Source: a virus
Strand: one strand, 5' to 3'
Length of the DNA: 64,000 nucleotides
Virus record (IMG/VR): IMGVR_UViG_3300035670_000038
Location: 1-64,000 of that record
Position 1 is the stretch's first letter. Every line of letters begins with the position of its first letter. Below, piece after piece: positions 10,815-21,132 of this stretch. The translations under genes were made by a program, and so were the position numbers. The notes below the pieces were generated by a model. It made no database searches. It had not been told where the DNA came from and saw nothing but the letters and a program-made list of their open reading frames with translations.

Positions 10815-12124
10815 TGCTGGTTCAATCGGTTACGGATTTACAGAAGTTACAAACCAGAATAGAGACAGAGGTATCCGTTGTGGTGCCTATTTTCGTTGAT
10901 CAGAATCTCCATCCCGCAGGAAATACCGTATCATCTATTCACATATTGATTGACCAAGATTACTACTGCGTTCCAATTAAACACCCAGACGCAGTACCGA
11001 TGACTATTTCGTTCAAGAACGCATTTAAAGTCATTACATTATACAAGAGAGAAATACTTCATTCGTTTGATGTTCCGCAAGAACGAGTGCATGATGTTGC
11101 AACTATTCTACATTTGTCTAGTAAAAATATTCCTGAAATCCGTGAATATTATACTCCTATTATCACACGGATGTTGCAGCAATTTCAATTCAAGAATTTA
11201 CATCTGAGTGTTCCATTGACGATTTGGATGGAATATGGTAGAAAGTTGACCAAGTTCATTCGAGACAATTTCTATACAGAAATTCCAGACGGATATGAGT
11301 TTGTGAGCAACACACTTATTCCTACATTAACACATATAGAAAAGTCTGGTATGTCTGTAAATACTTCTATCCTTACCGAACATTTTGGTGATGTAAAAAA
11401 GTATATTACTGATAATATAATATATTCCGAATATAATCCATACACAGCAACAGGTAGACCAAGTAACAAATATGGTGGGATTAATTTCGCAGCTCTTAAT
11501 AAGAACGATGGAACAAGAGAGGCATTTGTCAGTAGATACGGAGATGATGGATTACTTATCCAGTTTGATTACGAGGCGTTCCACTTACGTCTGGTTGCGG
11601 CACAACTTGGATATGAACTCCCCGAAACATCGGTCCATACCTATCTTGCCCAACAATATTACGGGAAGCAGGAAGTCAGTCCTGACGAATATGAGGCGTC
11701 AAAGGCAAGAACCTTTGCCCTAATGTATGGAATGAATGAGGATTTAGGTGGTGTTGAATTCTTTCACAAGGTTAGACAATATTCTGGTCAGTTGTGGAAT
11801 CTGTATAAAACTATGGGATATATCAAAACTAAAACTGGTAAGAATATTGTAGTAGATGAACCTTCGTCCAATAAAGTATTCAACTATTCTGTACAATGGT
11901 TAGAAACGGAAACCGCATTACAGAATGTGGCAAAGGTATGTGAACTTTTGAGTGATAAGTTGACCAAACCAATCTTATATACTTACGATGCAATCTTGCT
12001 AGATTTACATAGATCTGAAACCGCATTACTTCCCCGTATCAAGCATTTGTTGGAGGAAGGTGGGTATCCAACTCGAATGTATAAAGGAAAGAACTATAAC
12101 GAACTTTCACCTATAGAAATCTAA
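10814..12124 (+). CDS. Divergent family A DNA polymerase-like protein
   Basis: TATGRPS; motif A FDYEAFHLRL; motif B SKARTFALMYG; motif C YTYDA. Confidence 0.75.
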   Translation: MLVQSVTDLQKLQTRIETEVSVVVPIFVDQNLHPAGNTVSSIHILIDQDYYCVPIKHPDAVPMTISFKNAFKVITLYKREILHSFDVPQERVHDVATILHLSSKNIPEIREYYTPIITRMLQQFQFKNLHLSVPLTIWMEYGRKLTKFIRDNFYTEIPDGYEFVSNTLIPTLTHIEKSGMSVNTSILTEHFGDVKKYITDNIIYSEYNPYTATGRPSNKYGGINFAALNKNDGTREAFVSRYGDDGLLIQFDYEAFHLRLVAAQLGYELPETSVHTYLAQQYYGKQEVSPDEYEASKARTFALMYGMNEDLGGVEFFHKVRQYSGQLWNLYKTMGYIKTKTGKNIVVDEPSSNKVFNYSVQWLETETALQNVAKVCELLSDKLTKPILYTYDAILLDLHRSETALLPRIKHLLEEGGYPTRMYKGKNYNELSPIEI

Positions 12125-12195
12125 GGTTTCACCTTACATAATAATATTTATTAGGAGTAAAAGTAGTATAGTTCTACCCTAATGAGTTTATTATT

Positions 12196-12597
12196 ATGAA
12201 ACCAGAAACACAGTTACTTTGTACATTCTGTGCTAAAAAAGACATAGATTCCACCATTGAACATATCAAGAAAGTTTATTCTTTAGCGTTTAATTCAGTG
12301 TATGTGTTGGATAATGTGAATGATGAAAATCAAGCAATATTGACATACAATATTGATATGTCTAAACCAGTGCGTGGTGAAGCACCTGAATCTACAATTT
12401 CAGTACATAGAAAGAAGCAAACCAACACCATCTATACAATCAATGCAATTAATAAGTTGATTGAAGAAAAGAATGGTGGTGTATTAGATAAGACATATAA
12501 AATTGAATGGAACGAATTACAAAATACCGTATTAGTTACAGCATATGGTAAATTAAAAAAAGTAAATACTAAAATATCAAATATTATTAATCTTTAA
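12196..12597 (+). CDS. Conserved phage hypothetical protein
   Basis: 133-aa ORF (TQLLCTF...HRKKQTNTIYTINAIN) upstream of the SSB gene. Confidence 0.65.
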   Translation: MKPETQLLCTFCAKKDIDSTIEHIKKVYSLAFNSVYVLDNVNDENQAILTYNIDMSKPVRGEAPESTISVHRKKQTNTIYTINAINKLIEEKNGGVLDKTYKIEWNELQNTVLVTAYGKLKKVNTKISNIINL

Positions 12598-12606
12598 AAC
12601 TGGCAC

Positions 12607-12635
12607 TTGACAAACTAAGCTGACCTCATTATCAT
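12607..12635 (+). promoter_or_regulatory. sigma70-type promoter
   Basis: TTGACA-17 nt-TATCAT upstream of the SSB gene. Confidence 0.75.
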
Positions 12636-12686
12636 ACTAGTGAGGTGTATTAAACACTCAACTCTAAACACTAAGGAGAAAATTGT

Positions 12687-13505
12687 ATGGCACTAGATTT
12701 TAATGCCCTAAAGGCAAAGCTCAACACGTTCACAAAGCAAACTGACCGCAGTGAAGCTCTGTGGAAGCCCACCGAAGGTAAGACAACCATCCGTATTGTC
12801 CCATGGGCAAAGAACCGCGAGAACCCCTTTATCGAACTCTATTTCCATTATATCGGAAATAAGACGTATATCTCGCCTCTTTCATTTGGTCGCCGCGACC
12901 CTATCGCGGAATTCGCAGACAAGTTAGTTGAAGATGCACGCCGTGAGGGTCGTGAGGCGGAGAAGGCTGCTTGGAAGCAAGCTAACACCTTCCGTCCGAA
13001 GCTCCGTACCTATGTTCCTGTCATCGTTCGTGGTGAAGAGAGCAAGGGTGTTCGTTTCTTCTCATTCGGTAAGACTGTCTATCAGGACCTTCTTTCGTAC
13101 ATCGCTGACCCTGATTACGGTGATATTACTGACCCAAAGGCTGGTCGTGACGTTGTGGTTGAGTACATCCCACAAGAGAAGTCGGACACGAACTTCGCAA
13201 AGACCTCGGTAAAGGTCAAGCCAAATCAGACCCCTGTGGTCGCTGATGTGGAGTTGGCAAAGACCCTTCTTAACGAGCAGCCCGACATCTTTGCACTATA
13301 CAAGGAACCTTCATATGAAGAGCTCCGTGTTGTTCTCGAAAAGTATCTCGACCCAGATGGAACTACTCCTACCCCAGCTCCTGCTCGTGGTAATTCCGAA
13401 GTAAAGAGTGTGACCGCTGAAGTCCTCGACGTTAAGACGGAGATTTCTGAGTCGGCACAAGTCAAGAACGCTCTTGATGAATTTGATAAGCTCTTTGATA
13501 ATTAA
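12687..13505 (+). CDS. Single-stranded DNA-binding protein (gp32-like)
   Basis: WKP..G..TIRIVP, FGKTVY, YGDITDP..GRD, acidic C-terminal tail; precedes RecA. Confidence 0.8.
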   Translation: MALDFNALKAKLNTFTKQTDRSEALWKPTEGKTTIRIVPWAKNRENPFIELYFHYIGNKTYISPLSFGRRDPIAEFADKLVEDARREGREAEKAAWKQANTFRPKLRTYVPVIVRGEESKGVRFFSFGKTVYQDLLSYIADPDYGDITDPKAGRDVVVEYIPQEKSDTNFAKTSVKVKPNQTPVVADVELAKTLLNEQPDIFALYKEPSYEELRVVLEKYLDPDGTTPTPAPARGNSEVKSVTAEVLDVKTEISESAQVKNALDEFDKLFDN

Positions 13506-13517
13506 TCGGTAATCATT

Positions 13518-14681
13518 ATGAGTACCGAAAAGAAATCAAAGAAACCAATTCCGTCAGCAGACCGTGACGAATTGGCACAAGTCATCGCAGACTCACTTAA
13601 TAAATTAAACAAAGACTCTGACCAGATTGCATATTTCCTTGATGGTAAGGAAGATACTCCGACAGATTTCACCGATTTTATCTCAACTGGTGCAACGATG
13701 TTGGATATCGCAATCAGCAATCGTCCGCACGGTGGTATCGCTGTGGGTCGTATCACCGAACTTACTGGTCTTGAAGGTTCTGGTAAGTCGTTGGTTGGAG
13801 CACAACTTATCGCTAACACGCAGAAGCGTGGTGGTGTCGCGGTTCTTATTGATACGGAAACCGCAGTCAATCCTGACTTCTTCAAGGCAGTTGGTATTGA
13901 TATGAATAAGTTGGTATATGTCCATCTTTCTACTGTTGAAGATATCTTCGACGCAATCACGAATATCATTGAGAAGGTTCGTGCAGGAAAGGACAAGGAC
14001 AAGTTGGTGACCATTATCGTTGACTCCGTTGCCGCAGCTTCTACCAAGAAGGAAATGGAAGCAGACTTCGGTAAGGATGGATACGCTACGGATAAGGCAA
14101 TTATTATCAGTAAGGCAATGCGTAAGATTACTGGCCTCTTGGGTCGTGAACGCATCGCATTGGTATTCACCAACCAGCTCCGTCAGAAGATGAACGCACC
14201 AGCGTTCTCTGACCCTTGGACAACTTCTGGTGGTAAGGCAATTGCGTTCCACGCATCCACTCGTATTCGTTTGTCATTGATTGGTAAAATCCAAGATGGT
14301 AATAAGAATGTGATTGGTGTAAATGTGAAGGCAGTTGTGGTCAAGAACCGTCTTGGCCCACCACATCGTGTCGCAGAATTTGATATCTACTTCGACCGTG
14401 GTATTGATGACTTCGGTAGTTGGTTGGATGTCTTAAAGGACAATGGTTTGGTCAAGCAGTCGGGTGCATGGTACACGATGGTTGATGAAACTACTGGTGA
14501 AGAAGTCAAGTTCCAATCAAAGGACTTCCCGAAGTTCTTGGAATCTAATGTTACTCGTAAGGAAGCAGTCTATAACAAGATTTGCGATGCACTCATTATG
14601 AAGTATCGTAGTGAGTATAATCCAGACGAACATACATTAGATACTGGTGAAGGTGATACTAAAGAACTCTTACTGGACTAA
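13518..14681 (+). CDS. recA: RecA/UvsX recombinase
   Basis: GLEGSGKS Walker A, IIVDSVA, NQLRQK, SGGKAIAFHAS, VKNR. Confidence 0.95.
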   Translation: MSTEKKSKKPIPSADRDELAQVIADSLNKLNKDSDQIAYFLDGKEDTPTDFTDFISTGATMLDIAISNRPHGGIAVGRITELTGLEGSGKSLVGAQLIANTQKRGGVAVLIDTETAVNPDFFKAVGIDMNKLVYVHLSTVEDIFDAITNIIEKVRAGKDKDKLVTIIVDSVAAASTKKEMEADFGKDGYATDKAIIISKAMRKITGLLGRERIALVFTNQLRQKMNAPAFSDPWTTSGGKAIAFHASTRIRLSLIGKIQDGNKNVIGVNVKAVVVKNRLGPPHRVAEFDIYFDRGIDDFGSWLDVLKDNGLVKQSGAWYTMVDETTGEEVKFQSKDFPKFLESNVTRKEAVYNKICDALIMKYRSEYNPDEHTLDTGEGDTKELLLD

Positions 14682-14684
14682 TAT

Positions 14685-15011
14685 ATGTTAGAAGAATTTA
14701 TTTCAGTCGCACTAGAAGCATTTAGTAATGCAAACGGTGATGTAGATAAGTTTGAACTACAACTCCGTAGAAAACTGATGGTGTACAATACTGGTGTCGC
14801 ATCGGCGGCACCAGTTACACCACAGGCAATAACTAATAGTATTGTTACACCAGAATTTGAAAAAGTAGTAAATTCACTTGATGTGAACGATCCTATTTTT
14901 CAAGAATTGGAAAATGTCGATGTCAATAGTTTGAGTGATGAAGATATTTTGGCATTGGCAAGAAAAATGGGATTGATGACTAATTCACAAGAAGAATCTT
15001 TTGATGAGTGA
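14685..15011 (+). CDS. Hypothetical protein
   Basis: 108-aa ORF within the operon. Confidence 0.6.
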   Translation: MLEEFISVALEAFSNANGDVDKFELQLRRKLMVYNTGVASAAPVTPQAITNSIVTPEFEKVVNSLDVNDPIFQELENVDVNSLSDEDILALARKMGLMTNSQEESFDE

Positions 15012-16074
15012 TTTACATAAAGTTTTTGAATCAATGAATTTTGATGTCAGTAAGGAGGACACGAAGTATAATAGTCGTGTCCTCTTTATTGACGCACTCA
15101 ACACGTTTTTACGAAGTTACGCAGCTATTCCTACCCTTGATGATAATGGTAATCATATTGGTGGGATGTCTGGGTTTCTAAAAAGTGTTGGTGCTGTAGT
15201 TCGTGATTTCAAACCTTCTCGTGTTGTGATTGTGTTTGACGGAAAAGGTGGGTCACAACGTAGACGTAAAATCTATTCAGATTACAAATCAAATCGTAAG
15301 CCACCGACTCGGTTGAATCGTCAGTATGATATGACAACCGAACAACAAGAAACAGAAAATATGAAGTGGCAGTTAGTGACACTTATTGAAATGTTGGAAT
15401 GTCTCCCTGTTACGGTATTTACGATGGATAATATTGAAGCAGACGATGTGATTGCATACGCATCAGAACTGATTACCGCACAGGGTGGTGAGTCTATTAT
15501 CTATTCAACGGATAAAGACTTCTTACAAATGGTGACAGAGACTACTAAAGTATATAATCCAGTCAAGAAAAAAACATTTGATGTAAATACCGTAGTAGAA
15601 ACATACGGAGTACATCCTGACAACTTTGTATATTATCGTGCATTGCTTGGTGACAAGAGTGATAATATTGATGGTATTCGGGGAGCAGGTGAAAAAACTG
15701 TTCTTAAATTACTACCAGAGTTAGTTGGCAACGCATCAACTATTGATTATGATTTTATAGAACAAAAATATACAGATGTAAAGAAGAAACCAAAATTAAT
15801 TGAAACTATTTTGGATAATAAAGATATATTAGATAGAAATATGCAATTAATGCAACTCAGAGATGTGAATATTTCTGCTGATGCAAAAATGAAAATTGTT
15901 CATAAGTTAGATATTGTTAAGACAGATTTACGCAAGATGGACTTGACAAAGATGCTCATTCGTAGTAGAGTTATATCTAACTTTCCGAATTACGATATGT
16001 GGCTTGCGTCCACATTTGGTACACTAACGAGGTTCTCTAATGGTTCCGATAGCAGCAACACCACCAAGCTATGA
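15001..16074 (+). CDS. 5'-3' exonuclease / flap endonuclease (PolI N-terminal / T4 RNase H-like)
   Basis: IDALN, VFDG, YKSNR, EADDVI, STDKDFLQ, GDKSDNIDGI..GEKT. Confidence 0.92.
   Translation: MMSDLHKVFESMNFDVSKEDTKYNSRVLFIDALNTFLRSYAAIPTLDDNGNHIGGMSGFLKSVGAVVRDFKPSRVVIVFDGKGGSQRRRKIYSDYKSNRKPPTRLNRQYDMTTEQQETENMKWQLVTLIEMLECLPVTVFTMDNIEADDVIAYASELITAQGGESIIYSTDKDFLQMVTETTKVYNPVKKKTFDVNTVVETYGVHPDNFVYYRALLGDKSDNIDGIRGAGEKTVLKLLPELVGNASTIDYDFIEQKYTDVKKKPKLIETILDNKDILDRNMQLMQLRDVNISADAKMKIVHKLDIVKTDLRKMDLTKMLIRSRVISNFPNYDMWLASTFGTLTRFSNGSDSSNTTKL
15943..15971 (+). promoter_or_regulatory. Possible internal sigma70-type promoter for the helicase gene
   Basis: TTGACA-17 nt-TAGAGT within the end of the exonuclease gene. 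Confidence 0.4.
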
Positions 16075-17446
16075 CACGAATGTAGACAATCTATCAAAGT
16101 ATGGTATTGAGTTTCAAACGAAAGTATTAGCATCTATTATTTCAGCTCCTAATTTCTTGGAGCAATCGTTTGATGTCATCAATCCCTACTTCTTTGATAG
16201 TGACTCTGGTAAATGGATTGCGAAGAAGGCTCTATCCTATTACAACGAATATCGCACTTTACCAACACTCGAATATTTCAAGGTAGAATTATCGCACGAG
16301 GCAGATGATAGTCTCCGCGCGGGAACTATTGAATTGCTCCGTAAGGTAGTCACGAAGGTCACAGATAGTGACGCAGAATATATTCGTGATAAGTTCCTTG
16401 ACTTTGCCCGTAATCAATCATTAAAGTCCGCAATCATTAAGTCTGTGGATTTGTTACAGAGTGGTGATTATGATAAGATTAAGAATGTTGTTGATAACGC
16501 ACTTCGTAGTGGGCAACCAAAAGAAATCGGTTTGAACTGGTCGGAAGATGTTGAAGGACGATTGATGAAGGTGGCTCGTGAAGTGGTTCCTACTGGTTGG
16601 GATGTAATTGACGCACTTACTGGTGGTGGTCTTGGACCTGGTGAGTTAGGTGTTATCGCAGCACCATCGGGTATTGGTAAGAGTTGGGCATTATCTTCTA
16701 TTGGTGCAAACGCATTGAAGAAAGGAAAACGAGTAGTCCATTATACTCTTGAATTAAATGAAAATTATGTTGGTATCAGATATGATACTATCTTTACTGG
16801 AATTGAACCTGGAAAAATTCCAGATAATGTTGAAACTGTAAAAGATGTGGTGTCTAAGATTACTGGACAATTAATTATTAAGTATTACCCCGCTCGTAGT
16901 GCAAATTGCAACACCCTTATAGCACATGTGCAGCAACTCACGGCGTTGGGATATAAACCAGATTTAATGTTGGTGGATTACGCAGACTTGCTACGATCAT
17001 CCGAACGTGTAGATGCTCGGTATCAAGAACTTGGTGCAATTTACGAGGAACTTCGTGGTATTGCAGGAGAACTTGGTATTCCGTGTTGGACGGCATCACA
17101 AACACAGCGGTCATCTATCCAAGACGAGGTAATTCAGGCAGATAAGATTTCGGAGTCATATAATAAGATTATGACTGCTGATTTAGTTATCTCATTGAGT
17201 AGAAAATTAGAAGATAAGGTCAATAAGACAGGACGTGCCCATATTATCAAAAATAGATTTGGTGCAGATGGTCAGACATTCCCTGTCTTGATGGATACAA
17301 GTATCGGTCAGATACAGATTTACGATGAGAAGTCATCAAAGGGTATTTTATTGAAGAAGCAGATGGATAATCAGGTTAACGATGAAAGAAATTCACTCCG
17401 TAAAAAGCTGGCAGAGATGAGTGGATTAGAAAGTCTTGATGATTAA
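16040..17446 (+). CDS. dnaB: Replicative DnaB-like helicase (gp41-like)
   Basis: APSGIGKS, TLEL, VDYADLL, WTASQ, KNRFG. Confidence 0.92.
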   Translation: MVPIAATPPSYDTNVDNLSKYGIEFQTKVLASIISAPNFLEQSFDVINPYFFDSDSGKWIAKKALSYYNEYRTLPTLEYFKVELSHEADDSLRAGTIELLRKVVTKVTDSDAEYIRDKFLDFARNQSLKSAIIKSVDLLQSGDYDKIKNVVDNALRSGQPKEIGLNWSEDVEGRLMKVAREVVPTGWDVIDALTGGGLGPGELGVIAAPSGIGKSWALSSIGANALKKGKRVVHYTLELNENYVGIRYDTIFTGIEPGKIPDNVETVKDVVSKITGQLIIKYYPARSANCNTLIAHVQQLTALGYKPDLMLVDYADLLRSSERVDARYQELGAIYEELRGIAGELGIPCWTASQTQRSSIQDEVIQADKISESYNKIMTADLVISLSRKLEDKVNKTGRAHIIKNRFGADGQTFPVLMDTSIGQIQIYDEKSSKGILLKKQMDNQVNDERNSLRKKLAEMSGLESLDD

Positions 17447-17529
17447 CTAACACATAATTTTTTCCTAAATCAACACCCTATTTATTTAACCACAACCCCT
17501 AACAAAATTGAAAAGTTTGGAGTAAGCAA

Positions 17530-19380
17530 ATGCAGATTGAAGCAAAGATTTTGAGTGATATTACCGTGTTTATGAAGTATGCGAAGTTTAATCCTGAATT
17601 AAATCGCAGAGAAAATTGGAAAGAATTAGTTGATAGAAACAAACAAATGCATTTGGAAAAGTTTCCAAACTTAAAGGATGAAATTGAAAATGCGTATCAA
17701 TACGTCTACGATAAGAAGATACTACCTTCCATGCGCAGTTTGCAGTTTGCTGGCAAACCAATTGCCATTAATAACGCTCGTTTGTATAATTGCTGTTTCC
17801 TACCTGTTGATCACGTGGACGCATTCTCAGAAGTCATGTTCCTCTTGTTGTCGGGAACAGGTGTAGGATATTCAGTTCAACGTCATCATATTGAAAACCT
17901 TCCTGAAATTAATAAGCCAACTAAGCATCGTCGTTATTTGGTCGGTGATAGTATCGAAGGTTGGGCAGATGCGGTGAAGGTGTTGATGACTGCATATATG
18001 AAGGGCAAGGCAATGCCTGTGTATGATTTTTCAGATATTCGCCCAAAGGGTGCGATGTTAATCACCAGTGGTGGAAAGGCACCTGGTCCTGAACCATTGA
18101 AGGATTGCTTACACAATGTGCAAAAGGTATTGGATAGAAAGCAAAATGGTGAAAAGCTTACCACATTAGAAGTCCACGACATTCTCTGCTACATCGCAGA
18201 CGCAGTGTTGGCAGGTGGTATTCGTCGTTCAGCAATGATTTCATTGTTTGATATTGACGATGATGATATGTTGACTTGTAAGTTCGGCAACTGGTGGGAA
18301 AATAATCCACAACGTGGTCGTGCAAATAATAGTGCAGTAATTGTTCGTTCAAAGGTTGAAGCAGAAACATTCTTTGATTTATGGAAGAAGATTGAATTGT
18401 CTGGTTCAGGTGAACCTGGATTCTTCTTTACAAATGACAAGGATTGGGGTATGAACCCATGTGCGGAAATTTCACTCCGTCCATTCCAATTCTGTAATCT
18501 CACTACTATCCACGCAGGTGATGTTGAGTCGCAAGATGACTTGAATAATCGTGCAAAGGCAGCGGCATTTATTGGCACATTACAAGCATCCTATACCAAT
18601 TTTCACTATTTGAGAGACATATGGAAGAGAACAACAGAGAAGGAAGCACTCATCGGAGTGTCGATGACTGGAATCGCATCGGGTGGAGTATTAAAACTCG
18701 ACATGAAGGAAGCTGCAAATATGGTGAAGGAAGAGAATGCACGTGTATCGTCCTTAATTGGTACGATGCCAGCGGCCCGTTGCACGACCGTGAAGCCAGA
18801 GGGCACGTCATCCCTCGTCTTGGGTACGAGTAGTGGTATCCACGCTTGGCATAACAAGCACTACATTCGTCGTATCCGTGTAGGTAAGAACGAAAGTATC
18901 TATGCATACTTGAAGGATAATCACCCAGAATTGGTGACCGACGAATATTTCAAGCCAAACATCCAAGCAGTTATTGAAGTACCACAGAAGTCACCAGAAG
19001 ATGCAATCACTCGTCAAGAATCAGCTCTTGATTTGTTGAAGCGTGTATCGAAGGTCTGGAAGGAATGGGTAAAGCCAGGACATCGTAAGGGTGCAAACAA
19101 GAACAATGTGTCTACCACCGTATCCATTAAGGATGGTGAATGGAAGGAAGTTGGTGAATGGATGTGGGACAATCGTGAAAACTTCACAGCATTAAGTGTT
19201 CTTCCATATTCAGACCATACCTACATTCAAGCACCATTCGAAGATATTGATGAAGAAACCTACAATGAACTTGTCGGTCACTTACATGATATCAATCTTG
19301 ACGATGTAGTTGAGGGAGTAGATGCAACCAACTTACAAGCAGAAGCTGCTTGTGGTGCTGGTGGTTGTGAAGTGGTGTAA
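17530..19380 (+). CDS. nrdJ: Class II (adenosylcobalamin-dependent) ribonucleotide reductase
   Basis: PSMR, YNC, GTGVG, NPCAEI, TVKPEGTSS, C-terminal CGAGGC; no small subunit adjacent. Confidence 0.9.
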   Translation: MQIEAKILSDITVFMKYAKFNPELNRRENWKELVDRNKQMHLEKFPNLKDEIENAYQYVYDKKILPSMRSLQFAGKPIAINNARLYNCCFLPVDHVDAFSEVMFLLLSGTGVGYSVQRHHIENLPEINKPTKHRRYLVGDSIEGWADAVKVLMTAYMKGKAMPVYDFSDIRPKGAMLITSGGKAPGPEPLKDCLHNVQKVLDRKQNGEKLTTLEVHDILCYIADAVLAGGIRRSAMISLFDIDDDDMLTCKFGNWWENNPQRGRANNSAVIVRSKVEAETFFDLWKKIELSGSGEPGFFFTNDKDWGMNPCAEISLRPFQFCNLTTIHAGDVESQDDLNNRAKAAAFIGTLQASYTNFHYLRDIWKRTTEKEALIGVSMTGIASGGVLKLDMKEAANMVKEENARVSSLIGTMPAARCTTVKPEGTSSLVLGTSSGIHAWHNKHYIRRIRVGKNESIYAYLKDNHPELVTDEYFKPNIQAVIEVPQKSPEDAITRQESALDLLKRVSKVWKEWVKPGHRKGANKNNVSTTVSIKDGEWKEVGEWMWDNRENFTALSVLPYSDHTYIQAPFEDIDEETYNELVGHLHDINLDDVVEGVDATNLQAEAACGAGGCEVV

Positions 19381-19381
19381 T

Positions 19382-20089
19382 ATGAAGGATCTTCTTACTA
19401 TCGTCATCCCTTGTAAAAATGAAGAAGATTATATCGTACCTTTATTGGAAGATTTGTCTCAACAGTACGGTATTAGAGATGTCCGCATCATTATCGCAGA
19501 TGCCAATAGTACCGATGCTACTGTCCCTCTTATAAACACCTATAAAGATGAACTGAATATTGAGGTCATCAAAGGTGGACCAGTATCGGTAGGACGGAAT
19601 AATGGTGCGGCACTAGCAACTACTCCATACATTTTATTCTTGGACGCCGATGTTCGGCTCTTTAATGAATTAACCATTTTTGATGCAGTACATATGATGG
19701 ATTTTCATCAATTGGATTTGGTGACGGCAAACATTAAGAACTATGGGAAGGATTGGAGAGCATCATTCTTGTTCTGGAAATTTAATCTTGTCAATCAAAT
19801 CATGACCAAGAAAACTCCATTTGCGATTGGAGCATTCTTCTTGACTCGTCGTGATAGATTTGAAGAATTGGGTGGGTTCCCGAACAAGTATGAAACCTCA
19901 GAAGATTACATCCTGAGTAAACAATATGATGCTGATAAATTTCGAATCATCCACCATTACTTCGGTCAAGATGAACGCCGTTTCAAGAAGTTAGGATACT
20001 TGGGAATGATGTGGTATATGACTGTGAACTTTTTTAACAGAAACAATCTGAAACATTTTGAGAAAGCTAAAGTAAACTATTGGGATTAA
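19382..20089 (+). CDS. Glycosyltransferase family 2
   Basis: IVIPCKNEE, ADANSTD, GRNNGA, FLDAD; likely start at 19382. Confidence 0.85.
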   Translation: MKDLLTIVIPCKNEEDYIVPLLEDLSQQYGIRDVRIIIADANSTDATVPLINTYKDELNIEVIKGGPVSVGRNNGAALATTPYILFLDADVRLFNELTIFDAVHMMDFHQLDLVTANIKNYGKDWRASFLFWKFNLVNQIMTKKTPFAIGAFFLTRRDRFEELGGFPNKYETSEDYILSKQYDADKFRIIHHYFGQDERRFKKLGYLGMMWYMTVNFFNRNNLKHFEKAKVNYWD

Positions 20090-20090
20090 T

Positions 20091-20831
20091 ATGAAACACC
20101 ATAAAGCAGTCATCATTTCTGATGTTCACTTAGGAACTGAAGCAAGTAAGGCAGCAGAACTCCTTGAATTCCTAAACGAAAACCATACTGATATTCTTAT
20201 TATTAATGGTGACTTCGTTGACGGATGGGCGTTGGCAAAGGGATATAAGTGGAGAGCTAAACACACCAAGGTCATCTCAAAGATATTGGACATTTCCAGA
20301 AAGGTGCCTGTAGTATGGATTCGTGGTAATCACGATGAGTTTTTACATGAATTTATGCATATGCATTTAGGAAAACTTCAAGTCGAAGAAAATTACATCC
20401 TTGACTTAGGTGAAGGAAAGCGTTATTTTATATTTCACGGAGATGTTCTTGACGTATTCGTGGCCAAGTGGAAGTGGATTGCGAAGATTGGTGCAAGTGG
20501 ATATGAGTTGGCACTTCGTATTAATACCTTATACAATAAGTGGAGAGCATGGAGAGGACTTCCATATTACTCTATTTCCAAAGATATTAAGAACGGAGTA
20601 AAGGCGGCAGTCAACTATATCACAGACTTTGAAGTAAGTGCAACAAAATTAGCAAGACAAAATAATTGTTCTGGAGTCATTTGTGGTCACATCCACAAAC
20701 CAGAAAATAGACAAATCGCAGGAATACATTATATTAACTCTGGTGATTGGGTAGAAAACTTAACTGCAATCATCGTTGATTATGATAATAACATCACATT
20801 AAAGGAATTTCATAATGTTAAAAAGCATTGA
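20091..20831 (+). CDS. LpxH-like metallophosphoesterase (UDP-2,3-diacylglucosamine hydrolase family)
   Basis: SDVHLG, GDFVDGW, GNHD, HGD, CGHIH, NSGDWVE. Confidence 0.85.
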   Translation: MKHHKAVIISDVHLGTEASKAAELLEFLNENHTDILIINGDFVDGWALAKGYKWRAKHTKVISKILDISRKVPVVWIRGNHDEFLHEFMHMHLGKLQVEENYILDLGEGKRYFIFHGDVLDVFVAKWKWIAKIGASGYELALRINTLYNKWRAWRGLPYYSISKDIKNGVKAAVNYITDFEVSATKLARQNNCSGVICGHIHKPENRQIAGIHYINSGDWVENLTAIIVDYDNNITLKEFHNVKKH

Positions 20832-21132
20832 TACGATAGATGAACTCAAAGATGCGGTCAACAATAACAATATTGCAATTGTAGATTTATACGCAACGTG
20901 GTGCAAACCATGCCAAGAAATGCTACCTGTTATTGAAGAAATATCAAACACAACAGATATTCCATTCTTCAAGGTAGATATTGACCAAGTACCAGAAGCA
21001 AAGACGTTCACAGGGGCAAAGGCTGTTCCGATGTTATATATGTACAAGGAAGGTCGTATCCGTGAATTTGCGTATGGGGTCAACGACAAGTCAAAGATTG
21101 AAATGAAACTTAAACGGGTTATGAGGTCATAA
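20815..21132 (+). CDS. trxA: Thioredoxin
   Basis: WCKPC active site. Confidence 0.9.
   Translation: MLKSIDTIDELKDAVNNNNIAIVDLYATWCKPCQEMLPVIEEISNTTDIPFFKVDIDQVPEAKTFTGAKAVPMLYMYKEGRIREFAYGVNDKSKIEMKLKRVMRS

Noticed and set aside
13502-14252. Long minus-strand ORFs opposite recA
   Set aside because: Shadows caused by codon bias of a strongly conserved + strand gene
17447-17529. Cobalamin riboswitch upstream of nrdJ
   Set aside because: The gap is only about 80 nt, A/C-rich and lacks a B12-box or evident structure
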